A program made the translations under genes and the position numbers. A DNA stretch of 64,000 nucleotides. Origin: Candidatus Binatia bacterium. GTDB taxonomy: Bacteria; Desulfobacterota; Binatia; Bin18. Within the stretch, counting starts at the first letter, position 1, and each line of letters begins with the position of its first letter. Positions 10,638-21,032 of this stretch are shown piece by piece. The stretch is taken from the NCBI GenBank assembly GCA_963666315.2, contig CAXXHG010000014.1:128001-192000 (forward strand). Reading direction: 5' to 3'. The notes beneath the pieces were generated by a model that was given only the letters and a program-made list of their open reading frames with translations, ran no database searches and was not told where the DNA came from.

Positions 10638-11414
10638 TTAGAGCAGGCCTAGATACCAGGCGATCAGGGTTTCGCCGACAAAGAGATAACACAACGCGCC
10701 GAACGACAAGAAAGGCCCAAACGGTAATGCCAGCTTGGTGTCGGCCTGGCGTCGGATCATGCTTGCGATCCCGATTCCCGATCCGACAAAGGATGCAATC
10801 AGCAACGCAAAGGGAACGGAACGCCAGCCCAGGAAGGCTCCGATCATAGCCAGGAGTTTGATATCTCCACCACCCATGCCTTCCCGTTTTGTAATCAGCC
10901 AGTATCCGAGCGCAACGGCTAGCAGGATACCGGCTCCAGCTGCGGCCCCGATCAGCGAATCCCACAACGTCAAGTGCGGAGAAAGAAAGGAAAAGAGCAT
11001 GCCCACAACAATTCCAGGCAGACTAATGACATCCGGGATGATCTGATAATCGACATCAATAAACGTGATGACAACCAGCGCTGCGGCAAAGACGAAGTAG
11101 CCCAGCGTACTCACGCTGATACCAAATTGCACAACCAACATCAGGGCAATGAGGGCAGTCAGGAGCTCGACAAAAAAGTAACGTGAAGAAAACTGGGCGC
11201 CACATGCCCGACAGCGTCCGCGCCGAAAAAGATAGGTCAGCAGAGGGATATTATCATACCAGGCAAGCGGCGTTGGGCAGCTTCGGCAGTGGGATTCTGG
11301 GGAGACAATCGACTCCTCAAGTGGCAGCCGATAGATGCATACATTCAAAAAGCTTCCGATGCAGGCGCCAAACACAAAAGCGAAAGTGAAAACAAGCAGC
11401 AGGGGGATCTCCAT
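10638..11414 (-). CDS. pilD: Type IV prepilin peptidase
   Basis: GSFLNVCIYRLP, CxxC pairs, FIDVDYQIIPD, GMGGGDIKL, PFGPFL. Confidence 0.95.
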   Translation of the reverse strand: MEIPLLLVFTFAFVFGACIGSFLNVCIYRLPLEESIVSPESHCRSCPTPLAWYDNIPLLTYLFRRGRCRACGAQFSSRYFFVELLTALIALMLVVQFGISVSTLGYFVFAAALVVITFIDVDYQIIPDVISLPGIVVGMLFSFLSPHLTLWDSLIGAAAGAGILLAVALGYWLITKREGMGGGDIKLLAMIGAFLGWRSVPFALLIASFVGSGIGIASMIRRQADTKLALPFGPFLSFGALCYLFVGETLIAWYLGLL

Positions 11415-11433
11415 GACTAACAATTCGTCTAGT

Positions 11434-11916
11434 CTAATCGATCCGCACCCGACCGGCAAGATTTATGACTACGCGCTTTGAAAATTCTCCATCACGAGAC
11501 GTCAGAGTGAGCGTCATGCCCCCGTCGACATGTCCGCGTGGAACAAAAATCACATCGCCTCTCGAATTCGCCGCAGAAATGACAACCGTCGCTGGTAGGC
11601 GTACATACACCCCGTCGTTTCCTCCATCTCCATGACTGTGGAGGTGATGTCCCAGCCATCTACCATTCTCTCTTTTTTCCACCACATATCTATTTGTCCC
11701 GGGCTGGAAGGTTACGCGCAAGCGACGATTCCGAGCAATGGCCTGCATGCGAACCAGCTGCAGGTCTGACACAATCTGCCGTACCCCGTTATTCAGCGCT
11801 GTCCGGTTCAGGAGTGGAGCCAGCTGGAGCGACGTCATACCGGCCAGCACTCCAAACAGGCTGATTACGAGGAGGAGTTCGAGCAGGGAAAAGCCCTGGA
11901 CGTCCTGACTACGCAT
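11434..11916 (-). CDS. FimT/GspH-like minor pilin
   Basis: G|FSLLELLLV class III signal; C-terminal INLAGRVR. Confidence 0.85.
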   Translation of the reverse strand: MRSQDVQGFSLLELLLVISLFGVLAGMTSLQLAPLLNRTALNNGVRQIVSDLQLVRMQAIARNRRLRVTFQPGTNRYVVEKRENGRWLGHHLHSHGDGGNDGVYVRLPATVVISAANSRGDVIFVPRGHVDGGMTLTLTSRDGEFSKRVVINLAGRVRID

Positions 11917-13351
11917 CGAACTGCTCCGTCCACGACAGGGTGCGCTGCAGCAAGGTGAGCGCTCGCAGCACGGCCTCACAGCTATAATTGACGGACAGCG
12001 GGGTACAGGTGCTGCTCCGGGTGACGCGGTCAAAGTCACGCTTGGGGTCCGATACGCTGTCGTCCTGTATCACAATGGCTCCTATAATATGCCCACACAC
12101 ATTCGGACCTGTGACTTGCAAATCCCCAGCGTTCAGAAGAACGATAATGCCCTGCCAATACAGGATAACATTCTGGAGCCGTACGATCCTCGGAATGACC
12201 AAGATCCCAGCTCCACTCACCACACTGCCGCCTGTGAAAGTAAGCGATCCTTTGCGGTCTTCTACCCAGGTGATCCGGGGCTGGTCAGCTGCTCGAAAAG
12301 TATGCAAACCAGTGCGAATATTTTTTTCAATGTGTAGCACCTGCTCCGCAGGGAACTCTTCAAGGCGTTGTTGCATATCAGCGAAAGCGGTCTGAAGTTG
12401 GAGTCGTTCAGCCGCCGCTAGCCAACGCACAAACGGAACTGGCGTGGAACCCATGGACCCAATTGAGGTTGGCGTAAAGGGGCCACGATCTTCCGGAGCC
12501 TCGGGGAGATGGATGTGGGCAGGCTGGGCTGTGGCACGCAGGACTGACGCCGATAGATCAAGTCCGAGAAAGCACGCCGTTTCTTGAGCGGCACAGGTTT
12601 CCTCAATAAAACGGGAGAGTGGGGCTGGACCACGGACCCAGGCGAGACCCGGAGTACAGGAGCCTAACGCACTACTGCTTCCATCAGCACGGCACGCACG
12701 ATTTGCCCATCTTACAATTTTTTGTTTCAGGCTGTTGAGCGCATTGATGAGGTCAGTCTGCGCCCCGACCTGGCTTACGGCAAAAGGTGCGATGTCGGGA
12801 CAAAGAGGTGACAACGTCCCATCGGCTGCGTGATTCCTACCATCAACGCTAAAGTCCGGGATGCGATGGCCCGAACCTGCCGGGCTTGATGCAGCATCTG
12901 TAAAATCCGAATGTAGCCCATCTCCGATACTCGTAACCACACCCAGCGGTATAAACTACGGGATGTGGACAACCTCTTCGACCACACGACGGGACGCGTG
13001 GTGGCCCTGTCCGATGGCCGTAATTCTGTACCGCCCATCATCCAAGTCTTCGATCTGGACAGTATAGATCCCAGCGCCGAGGGCCTCAGGACCAATAGCA
13101 ATAGGAAATGCGGCCCCTGGCAGATTGTTCTCCAGCCAATTTTTACCCACTTCTGCACCAGCCTGTGCAAGCCACAAGGCTTGCACCCCACTCAGCAGAT
13201 TTTGCGAGACAAACAGGTCAGCCCGGCTCAAAATGGTCCCGCTACCCCCAATGGCGGCGAGCAAGGTCATAAGAATAAGGGTGGAGAGCAAGGCAACGCC
13301 CTGCTCTGAACGGAGAGCTGCGGGGATCAGCTTTCTGATAGCGTCTCGCAT
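11909..13351 (-). pseudogene. PilX-like protein interrupted by an in-frame TAG at 12956-12958
   Basis: QGVALLSTLIL...ALWLAQAGAE PilX N-terminus; ORFs 12956-13351 and 11909-12940 share one frame (HIP*FIPLGVVTSIG). Confidence 0.75.
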
Positions 13352-13358
13352 CTGGCCT

Positions 13359-14073
13359 CTAGCTGGGAGGGTTGGACAGAAAGACTGCCGAGCCTAACTC
13401 AGCCGCAATCGGCTGTGTCACACCGCGGTCAGGATGTTGGCGCGCTGTTCGGATGACAATATCGATGAGAAAGACGGCGGCTCGTGCGTCGCCATCCAAG
13501 GGCGGAAGGAGTTCGGTTCCATCCCGGTCGAAATAGGACAAGAGAAATCCATCAGGAGGCGTATCGCCAATAAAGGGTTGGGGGCTGCCCCGGCCCGTCG
13601 CGCGACGCAGCATCTGCGCATCGGCATCATACGGTATACAGCACCCGTTCGCTCGGGTCGTCTGGACAGCCGTCTGGGGCTGAGCCAAAACGATCACCCC
13701 GAAAATCATATTGCATACTCACCGTCTGCTCATCAGCCACCACCAGCCGCTCAAAACCTTCACAGGCTCCGCCCCGAACGGGTCGAGCGCCGGCCATGCG
13801 TAGCTCTCTGACCAAAAAATCAATTGCCAACCGACTACTCTCGCGTACGCTCAAGCGCACGGTTTCGGCCTGCAGGACCTGCACATTGAAACGGAAGAAG
13901 CCATACAACGCCAGAAAAAAGACGCCGACAATGCCCAGCGAAACAATGATCTCAAGCAGGGTCCAGCCAGCTCCGGACCAACAGGACTGACGACCAGGAA
14001 AGCAGCCCTGCCACGCATCCGAAGAACTGTCGTTATGCCTTTTCCCGGCGAGTAGTCCGTGTTTCAAAAACAC
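13359..14073 (-). pseudogene. PilW-like minor pilin, frameshifted near 13630
   Basis: G|WTLLEIIVSL and RELRMAG; ERVLYT continues as YDADAQMLRR in another frame. Confidence 0.75.
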
Positions 14074-14107
14074 TGCAAGGTCTCCTGAAGATCTCCTGCG
14101 TTTCTCT

Positions 14108-14491
14108 CTACTGATTGACGACCGTCACAAGAGTCACACTGTGGGGCTGAGGATCAGACCAAGAAACGGTGACATCAATCCGGGCCACGCCGCTCTCCGG
14201 TGTATCGAAAGAGACCTGCCAGCTCCTGACGAAACCTGCTTGTCGCGTATCGCTCCCGTCTCGAAGCGGTTCAAACTCGGCGCGGAATTCTTCTAATTTG
14301 TCTTGAGCGAGGATCATTTCCTGGGTGAGACGGTCACTCACGTGTCCCGCCCGGATGACCGCCACCGCCCCTGCCGACAAACTCAGGGATGCAATGGCAA
14401 AGATCGCCATAGCGACAAGGACTTCGATAAAAGAATATCCTGATGATATAGAATTCAGAACATTCTTTCTTAGAATGCAAATTTTTCCTTC
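14108..14491 (-). CDS. PilV-like minor pilin lacking an in-frame ATG/GTG/TTG start before its signal (possible pseudogene)
   Basis: G|YSFIEVLVAMAIF with G codon at 14438-14440; the open frame is bounded upstream by TAG at 14492-14494. Confidence 0.7.
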   Translation of the reverse strand, partial: EGKICILRKNVLNSISSGYSFIEVLVAMAIFAIASLSLSAGAVAVIRAGHVSDRLTQEMILAQDKLEEFRAEFEPLRDGSDTRQAGFVRSWQVSFDTPESGVARIDVTVSWSDPQPHSVTLVTVVNQ

Positions 14492-14624
14492 CTACATCAG
14501 TATCGCCGCTGGCAAGAGCCTGGGCCAGAATGGGCTTTTGGGATAGGCGCTGAGCGCTCGCATTGCATCCGCCAATGAGACAGCATAATTTGCAGGGAAA
14601 TATCTCTGAGAGAGGAAACGATCC

Positions 14625-15059
14625 ATGCCGCATGAAACACTGTTCAAATTTCTATACCCTAACACTCTCCTGCGTGAATACGAATATTGGGCAGTTTTGC
14701 TCCGCCCGAAGCAGGTGACTCTCGGCTCGCTGGTCTTAGTCTGCACGGCAGACGCCACCAGTATGGCCGACGTATCAGCACCCGCCTTTGCTGAACTGCA
14801 CACGGTGACTGCAGATCTGGAAGGGGTACTCAAAAAGGCGTTTACCTTTGACAAGATCAACTATCTCTTACTCATGATGGTAGACAAACACGTCCACTTT
14901 CACATTATTCCACGTTATGCTGATGCGCGGACTGCGTGTGGGGTTGAGTTCATCGATACCGCCTGGCCGAAGCCGCCGGATGTGACCCAAGCCGTAGATT
15001 TGACAGACGAACAGTTTACGGAATTACTCAGACGGCTGCGTGCTTCTTGGCCGCAGTAG
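14625..15059 (+). CDS. HIT family hydrolase
   Basis: HVHFHIIPRY histidine triad; GAGAGGA RBS. Confidence 0.9.
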   Translation: MPHETLFKFLYPNTLLREYEYWAVLLRPKQVTLGSLVLVCTADATSMADVSAPAFAELHTVTADLEGVLKKAFTFDKINYLLLMMVDKHVHFHIIPRYADARTACGVEFIDTAWPKPPDVTQAVDLTDEQFTELLRRLRASWPQ

Positions 15060-15077
15060 AAGGCCAGTCTGCACTGA

Positions 15078-15238
15078 GAGCGTGTCCAAAAAGTACATTC
15101 TGGGCGCCGTCCGGCTGCAAGCAGCATGCCCAGCGTTGCCCTGCATCGCCATATCACAGCGGTATAGCTGCTTCGGGCGCCTTGGTCATGCTACTTTCGC
15201 TCGGGCTTTGGCCACAGAGACACTTATTAGACACGCTC
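15078..15238. mobile_element. 161-bp MITE with IS5-like ends
   Basis: Terminal inverted repeats GAGCGTGTCCAAAAAGT and ACTTATTAGACACGCTC (15/17 match), flanked by TGA on both sides (15075-77, 15239-41); no transposase. Confidence 0.8.
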
Positions 15239-15468
15239 TGAGAGGTACGCACGCCACACTCACGCTCCGTCTTTTTTCCATGTTATGCCACCGAACACGA
15301 TGTGATTTTTCAGGCTACGTTTTCTTTTATATAATATCCTATTGGCCGGCTGCCCCTCTTCCTCTCTTGCTTACTCAGCGCCTACTGGACGAAGACGAAT
15401 TCCAGCACGAAATAAATTTCACGCAGGGGGGTTGCAAAATTCGTCCTAACAGCTAGTAACTTGAACTT

Positions 15469-15789
15469 ATGATGAATGCTGCTGTGGACGTGTTGGTGGT
15501 GGATGCGGAAGGCGGCGAGCAGCAGCCTCGCTATTCGTCGCATAGCCCGTTTAAAGGACTGCTCCGTGATGTACTGTCCGACGCCTTCGTCGTGCGGGAC
15601 CTCGCACGGAAAGGTAACAAGATGTTTGTCACTCAGCTTGAGATGGATCGCACCTGGTTCCAATCGAGAGATGAGAGTCCGTTCAGCTATTTGTGGATCT
15701 GTCAGCATCTTGGTCTTGATCCACTAAAAATTCGGACGCTCTACTTCTCGTTGGACGCAGTGACCATCCCACGCTGGTGGGCTGCATAA
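15469..15789 (+). CDS. Hypothetical protein
   Basis: WF...PFSYLWICQHLGLDP motif resembles a family I recall from deltaproteobacterial MAGs; TTGCAA/TAACTT promoter-like site upstream. Confidence 0.65.
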   Translation: MMNAAVDVLVVDAEGGEQQPRYSSHSPFKGLLRDVLSDAFVVRDLARKGNKMFVTQLEMDRTWFQSRDESPFSYLWICQHLGLDPLKIRTLYFSLDAVTIPRWWAA

Positions 15790-15871
15790 CGGGTTGCTCA
15801 CCCTGTGTGTGTAGAATAGGGGGGAAGCGGACCGGCTCCTTCCCCTCCTCAGTGGCGACACAACGTCGAAC

Positions 15872-17716
15872 CTAGGAACGGCCCCTTGCGCGCCCGAGCG
15901 CTTCCGTCAGGAGGGGTACCACCTGTGCGTAGTCTCCAACTATGCCCAGATCGGCCGTCTTAAAAATCGGCGCTTTGGCTTTGGTATTAATTGCGACTAT
16001 GGTCCCCGCTTTGCGGAGTCCGACGGTGTGTTCAAAGGCGCCGCGTATGCCAATTGCAAAATAGAGCTTGGGCGCAATCGCCCGCCCAGTAAGGCCTACC
16101 TGGTGTTGCCGAGGCAACCAGCCTAAGTCAGAGATATCCCGCGTCGAGGCCAGTGGGGCTCCACCCAACACCTCTGCCAGTTCTTCAATCATGGGCAGAT
16201 TCTCCGGCCCGCCCATTCCCTTCCCCACTCCGATAGCGATTTCCGCTGAGTCGAGCGCCGCCGCTTTCGCTGCGTCAGCACCTGTTTGTGACACGAGCTT
16301 CACCCGGCTGTGTACGGCGGCATCAAGTGTGAGCATTTCGATCCGCGCCTGGCGGCTCGGATCGGGTCGGGCCTTGATCAGCATGCCCGGACGGACGGTT
16401 GCCATTTCGGGCGTCGTCTTGGACAAAACCGGTGCAACAATATTACCGCCAAAAGCAGGTTTGAGCTGTAAGAGCTGGCCTTGGTCGTTGACCTCAAGAC
16501 CAACACAATCGCCGGTGAGTCCCAACCCAAGCCGGGCGGCAACACGTGGGGCGAGGTCGCGGCCAACCGCGGTTGAGCCGAGCAGGACGACCTTCGGCTT
16601 GTGGTTTTGAATCGCGTCGGTCAAGACCGCCGTATACAGCTCGGTATCATACGAGGCCAATCGCACGTTGTCGGCGCGGTACATAACGTCCACCCCGTGA
16701 ATTGCTAGGGTAGCGATATGCGCATCCACTCCACTGCCGATCAAAACTGCGCCGACTTCTCCGCCGTAGTGCGCCGCCAGCTCGACGGCTTTGCCTAAAA
16801 GCTCAAGACTCACCGGTCGCAAAGCATCCCCGAGTATCTCGGCAACAACCCATACCGCCTTGCCCGGCTCGGGCGTCCCTGTTCGTTGCCGCCCTGCGAC
16901 AGCATCCCCATCACCCGCCCACGTTCCGAACAGACCACGTTCTAAGAGAACCTGGACCACCGTGTCAACTTGTTCTGATAGTTCCCCTTCAAGCACGCGG
17001 CCCTCACGGCTGTCCTCAACTGTTTGAACAGATTCGACCCACGTCGGCGAACCCGCCGCTCCGAATTGGGACAAGTCGGACGACAGGTCGCCGGCCGTGA
17101 CGGTTTGAATAGGGTGCTCCTTAGCCGCTTCTCGCTCAGCTCTCTTGGGGAACCGCTCCGGAGCCAGATCCTCTGTGGCCGAAATGAGCGCGGGCAGAGG
17201 GCATTCCAGCATGTCAAAACCACTATCCGTCTCGCGCTCAACCGTAATCGTTTTGCCATCATCGTTGAGGGTCAATTTCCCGACACCCGTGACCTGGGGA
17301 ATATTCAGCATTTCAGCAATTTCCGGTCCCACCTGGCCGGTTTCCGCATCCGTGCTATGGCGCCCACATAAAATGAGATCATAGCCTTCTTTTTCGCTTG
17401 CGAGTGCTAAAGCACGCGCGGTCGCAAGCGTGTCTGCCCCGGCAAATGCCCGGTCCGTGAGGTGCACCACCCGGTCCGCACCGAGGGCCAAACAGTGCCG
17501 CAGAGCCTCTTCAGCTTGCGGCGGCCCCATGGTCAGGGCGACGACTTCTCCGCCATGCGTCTCGCGCAGTTCGAGCGCTTTCAGCAACCCACGTACATCA
17601 AACGAACTGACCTCCGACGGCACCCCCTCACGCTGGAGCGTTTTCGTCTCGGGGTCGAGCTTCATGGCCGAAACTACCGGCACTTGCTTCACCAACACAA
17701 TTATTTTCATAGACAC
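15872..17716 (-). CDS. Fused electron transfer flavoprotein beta-alpha subunits
   Basis: N-terminal VLVKQVP, TMGP, GADTLAT, DAETGQVG (beta); C-terminal GLTGDC, PAFGGN, QVGLTG, GIRGAFEH (alpha). Confidence 0.93.
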   Translation of the reverse strand: MSMKIIVLVKQVPVVSAMKLDPETKTLQREGVPSEVSSFDVRGLLKALELRETHGGEVVALTMGPPQAEEALRHCLALGADRVVHLTDRAFAGADTLATARALALASEKEGYDLILCGRHSTDAETGQVGPEIAEMLNIPQVTGVGKLTLNDDGKTITVERETDSGFDMLECPLPALISATEDLAPERFPKRAEREAAKEHPIQTVTAGDLSSDLSQFGAAGSPTWVESVQTVEDSREGRVLEGELSEQVDTVVQVLLERGLFGTWAGDGDAVAGRQRTGTPEPGKAVWVVAEILGDALRPVSLELLGKAVELAAHYGGEVGAVLIGSGVDAHIATLAIHGVDVMYRADNVRLASYDTELYTAVLTDAIQNHKPKVVLLGSTAVGRDLAPRVAARLGLGLTGDCVGLEVNDQGQLLQLKPAFGGNIVAPVLSKTTPEMATVRPGMLIKARPDPSRQARIEMLTLDAAVHSRVKLVSQTGADAAKAAALDSAEIAIGVGKGMGGPENLPMIEELAEVLGGAPLASTRDISDLGWLPRQHQVGLTGRAIAPKLYFAIGIRGAFEHTVGLRKAGTIVAINTKAKAPIFKTADLGIVGDYAQVVPLLTEALGRARGRS

Positions 17717-17787
17717 AGCCGCTCCTTGGATAAAAGAAGTGGACGGCAGCCTATCGTGCTTGTCGGCGCAGCGTCAACCAACCAGGC

Positions 17788-17925
17788 TTAACGCGGTCGC
17801 CTACGCCACCTCTTCTGGAACTGAAAGGTATCGATACGTCTGCCATCCGGATCGAACAGAAAGGCCGTATCTGCGTCGTTATTCCAAATCGGAGATCGCG
17901 CGTTCCAATGAAAGATGAGTTGTCC
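17788..17925 (-). pseudogene. C-terminal remnant of a lamin-tail-domain (LTD) protein
   Basis: An alternative frame reads QLIFHWNARSPIWNNDADTAFLFDPDGRRID...RPR-stop; WNNDxDTAxLxDPxG is the LTD signature. Confidence 0.65.
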
Positions 17926-18364
17926 GCCCCGGCGTGTACTCGTTCACAGGCAGACTGTAGTAAACAACAATCTTGCGCTCTTTAAACCACCAGCGACCTT
18001 CGTCTTTGATGAATTTGTCATCATAGCGGCCAAAGACGATCATGGGCTTATCGGTCGACTTTGTGATCGCGTCCGCATCCAGATAGCAGGTCGAGGTCGC
18101 CTCGTTGCCCGTAACTTCGATCACTGGTGATTCAATCTTGTGCCGTAAAAAGCGCACGCCCGCCCGGAGCGTATTGTCGTATTTCGCATACCAGCCTTTG
18201 ACCGCGTCTCGGCCTTCATACCGCTCGTCACTTTCATAGACTGGAAGCAGGACTGCGTCTTTGTGGAACAGGTCGCCGATTTCGTCTACCGTGCCACGGT
18301 CTACCACATGGCAATACTTGTGCAGCACCTGTTGGATAGCCACAATATCGTCAGCGTTTGACAT
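17879..18364 (-). CDS. SnoaL/NTF2-like domain protein
   Basis: IQQVLHKYCHVVD...GRYDDKF...WWFKER. Confidence 0.85.
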   Translation of the reverse strand: MSNADDIVAIQQVLHKYCHVVDRGTVDEIGDLFHKDAVLLPVYESDERYEGRDAVKGWYAKYDNTLRAGVRFLRHKIESPVIEVTGNEATSTCYLDADAITKSTDKPMIVFGRYDDKFIKDEGRWWFKERKIVVYYSLPVNEYTPGRTTHLSLERAISDLE

Positions 18365-18409
18365 GGTGCATCCTCTTTCCTGCTTCAGATTACCGTTTCG
18401 ATTCTTGGC

Positions 18410-19267
18410 CTATTCTCTCCGGCCGCGTATGCGCATGAGTTCGTTGATCGTCAGGTCGATGTCTTCATCGCGCAGCAGCGGCGCGGCAATGCGCTTGCGC
18501 CGCACGGCGTCAAGGCTGATTTCGGCGGTCACAAAATCTTCCTCATAATACTGCCCCTTGGCCAGGCATTGCCCAAACGGGTCGATGATCTCAGAGCCGC
18601 CCCAGAAGCCGACGCCGTCCTCAAAACCGACCCGGTTGGCGTAGATCACAAACACGCCAAACGTTTCGGCATAGGCGCGGTTGATCGACTCCCAATAGCG
18701 CGCGTTCTCATCCTGCTCTTTATCGTCGGCAATGCCGCGCAACGGACTCGACGAAGGACAGACAATCACCAGCGCCTGATCCAGCGCGGCAATATAGGCG
18801 GTTGACGGGTGCCACAGATCTTCACACACCAGGATTGCAGCTCGTCCAAAAGGCGTCTCAAAGGCGCGGATTCGATCTCCCCGGGCGTAATAGCGCTGTT
18901 CATCAAACATGCCATACGTCGGCAAATAGACCTTTCGGTGGACGTGTTGGATGTCTCCGTCACTCAGATACAGCGCCGTGTTATAGAAGCGAATGTCTGC
19001 GCTCTCCTCAACCAAGCCAGCTATAAAGGGAACAGACCGGCTGAGCTCCTTGAGCCGCGTGATCTCAGCTGCGTCTTCACGCAACGCTACCGTAGCCACC
19101 ATGTCACGCAAGTGGTAGCCGGTGAGACTCAGCTCGGGAAAGACGAGCAAATCAACCCCTTCCTCTTGAGCCCGGGCGATATGCTGTTCATACATGGCCA
19201 GGTTCGCCGCCACATCTCCGAGGCGAGGACTGATCTGGGCGATGCCGATTTTGGAGTGTGTTTTCAC
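18410..19267 (-). CDS. Carbon-nitrogen hydrolase (nitrilase superfamily)
   Basis: Catalytic triad in FPEL, HRKVYLP and VCEDLW. Confidence 0.92.
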   Translation of the reverse strand: MKTHSKIGIAQISPRLGDVAANLAMYEQHIARAQEEGVDLLVFPELSLTGYHLRDMVATVALREDAAEITRLKELSRSVPFIAGLVEESADIRFYNTALYLSDGDIQHVHRKVYLPTYGMFDEQRYYARGDRIRAFETPFGRAAILVCEDLWHPSTAYIAALDQALVIVCPSSSPLRGIADDKEQDENARYWESINRAYAETFGVFVIYANRVGFEDGVGFWGGSEIIDPFGQCLAKGQYYEEDFVTAEISLDAVRRKRIAAPLLRDEDIDLTINELMRIRGRRE

Positions 19268-19304
19268 GTTAGCGCTGTCTGAGGACGATTGTCGTTTGTA
19301 ATTA

Positions 19305-19829
19305 TTAGGCCTGCCCCAATAGACTGCGTATCCATTTGACTAGGGTGCGCCATATATTCACCAGCGCACCTTGTTTGACCTCTTCATGCGGTATGGCTTG
19401 GATTTCCGCTTCCATGGCGGTGAAGAATTGTCCAATCAGCATCTTGGCTACACCGCCAACCATACGCTGGCCAACACTGGCCAGTAGCCCGCCGATTTGG
19501 ATATCGCCGTGATAGGTCAATAGGGTCTGGCCATCTTGTTCCTCTAAATCCACTGTCCCTGAGCCCTTGAGAAACCCTTGTTTGCCCTTGCCATCCAGGT
19601 TGAGCTTATAGTGAGACGGCGGCTGGATCTCCTCCATTTTGACTTTGCCGTTGTACACGCCCTTTACCGCCGCCACTCCGACCTTGATCACACCACTATA
19701 TTCATTCTCGCCGATCTCTTCTAAGCTCTCGCAGCCGGGCATACATTTGGCGAGCTGATTTGGGTCGATCAGAAAATTCCAGACTTTCTGTTGGGAGGCT
19801 AGAATGGTTCGTGTGCCGTTGAGTATCAT
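19305..19829 (-). CDS. CoxG/SRPBCC family protein
   Basis: VWNFLIDP...CMPGCE...GGLLASVGQR. Confidence 0.88.
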   Translation of the reverse strand: MILNGTRTILASQQKVWNFLIDPNQLAKCMPGCESLEEIGENEYSGVIKVGVAAVKGVYNGKVKMEEIQPPSHYKLNLDGKGKQGFLKGSGTVDLEEQDGQTLLTYHGDIQIGGLLASVGQRMVGGVAKMLIGQFFTAMEAEIQAIPHEEVKQGALVNIWRTLVKWIRSLLGQA

Positions 19830-19864
19830 GGCTGCTGTCCTACTCTTGCTGAAAACCCTGGCTG

Positions 19865-21032
19865 TTATCCTCTGAGCGGTCGGAAGAATTCGCGGACATC
19901 ATTAATCAGGAGTTCGGGTTCTTCCATAGGCGCGAAATGTCCACCCCGACGGCATCGTCGTCCAGCGTTTCAAATTGTAATAGCCCTCCGCCCATTTGCG
20001 CGGCATCAGAATCACTTCTTTGAGGAAAACGGCGACACCCGTTGGCGCCTCTACAATCGGCGTCCGGTCATGCGCAGGTTGCCACGGGGTATGCGTGGCT
20101 TCGTAATAATAGCGCGCAGACGTGCCAAAGCTCTGCGTGATCCAGTACAGCGTCATTGTGGTGCATAAATCATCCTTGCTAAAGCGTTTCTCTACATCCC
20201 CAGCACAGTCACTCCAGGTACGGCGCTTTTCGAGGATCCACGCACACAGCCCGACGGGAGAGTCGTTGAGTGCAAAGGCGAGTGTTTGGGGTTTTGTTGT
20301 CTGGAATGCGGAGTAGCCACTCTCTGCAGCAAAGAAATTCATGTTCTTGTCGTGCCAGCCTGCCTCATCCGGACCGTAGTCTGCGGCTTCAGGCATACTA
20401 CCGATAAAGACGTCAAGCGGGATCATCAGGTTGACGTGGCAGCCAAGCAGCCGGTCTGCGTATTTGTGACCGAGCTGGGCCGTAATTAACGCACCCCAGT
20501 CTCCGCCTTGAGCTGCAAACTTTTTGTAGCCCAGGACATCTTGCATAAGCTTGACCCATAGATCCGCAGTTCGCCAGAAGTTGATGCCCGGCGTCGTCAG
20601 CGGGGTTGAAAACCCATAGCCAGGCAGGGACGGGACAACGACATCGAAGGAATCGTTCGGATCCCCACCAAAGGCCGCAGGATCTGTGAGAGGCCGAATG
20701 ACTTTCTGGAAATCCCAGAAGGTCCACGGCCAGCCGTGGCTCAGAATCAACGGCGTTGGGTTTGGCCCTTTGCCCGGCTCATGGATGAAATGGATGGGTA
20801 CCCCGTCAATATCAGCCTTATAGTGCGAGAAGGTGTTCATCTCGCGCTCGTGTTTGCACCAGTCGTACTCATTGAGCCAGTACTCAACAAGCTCCTGTAA
20901 ATACGCCTGGTTCGTCCCATACTCCCAGTGCGCGTTGGCAAAATCACCGGGCCAGCGCACCTTGGCCAACCGTTCACGTAAGTCGGCTAACACCTCGTCT
21001 GGAACAGCAACCGTAAACGATTCTTTGCTCAT
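19865..21032 (-). pseudogene. Epoxide hydrolase (EHN family) with a +1 frameshift near 19945
   Basis: HGWPW, PSLPGYGFS, QGGDWG; removing one G from TCGGGGTGGA restores PSGGHFAPMEEPELLINDVREFF-stop, which contains the catalytic His. Confidence 0.85.

Noticed and set aside
12956-12958. In-frame TAG in the PilX-like gene as pyrrolysine or programmed readthrough
   Set aside because: No pyl genes are visible, the position is not catalytic and neighbouring pilin genes are also broken, so a nonsense mutation is simpler.
15040-15456. 138-aa ORF in the track
   Set aside because: It runs through the MITE and intergenic DNA and has no protein-like motifs.
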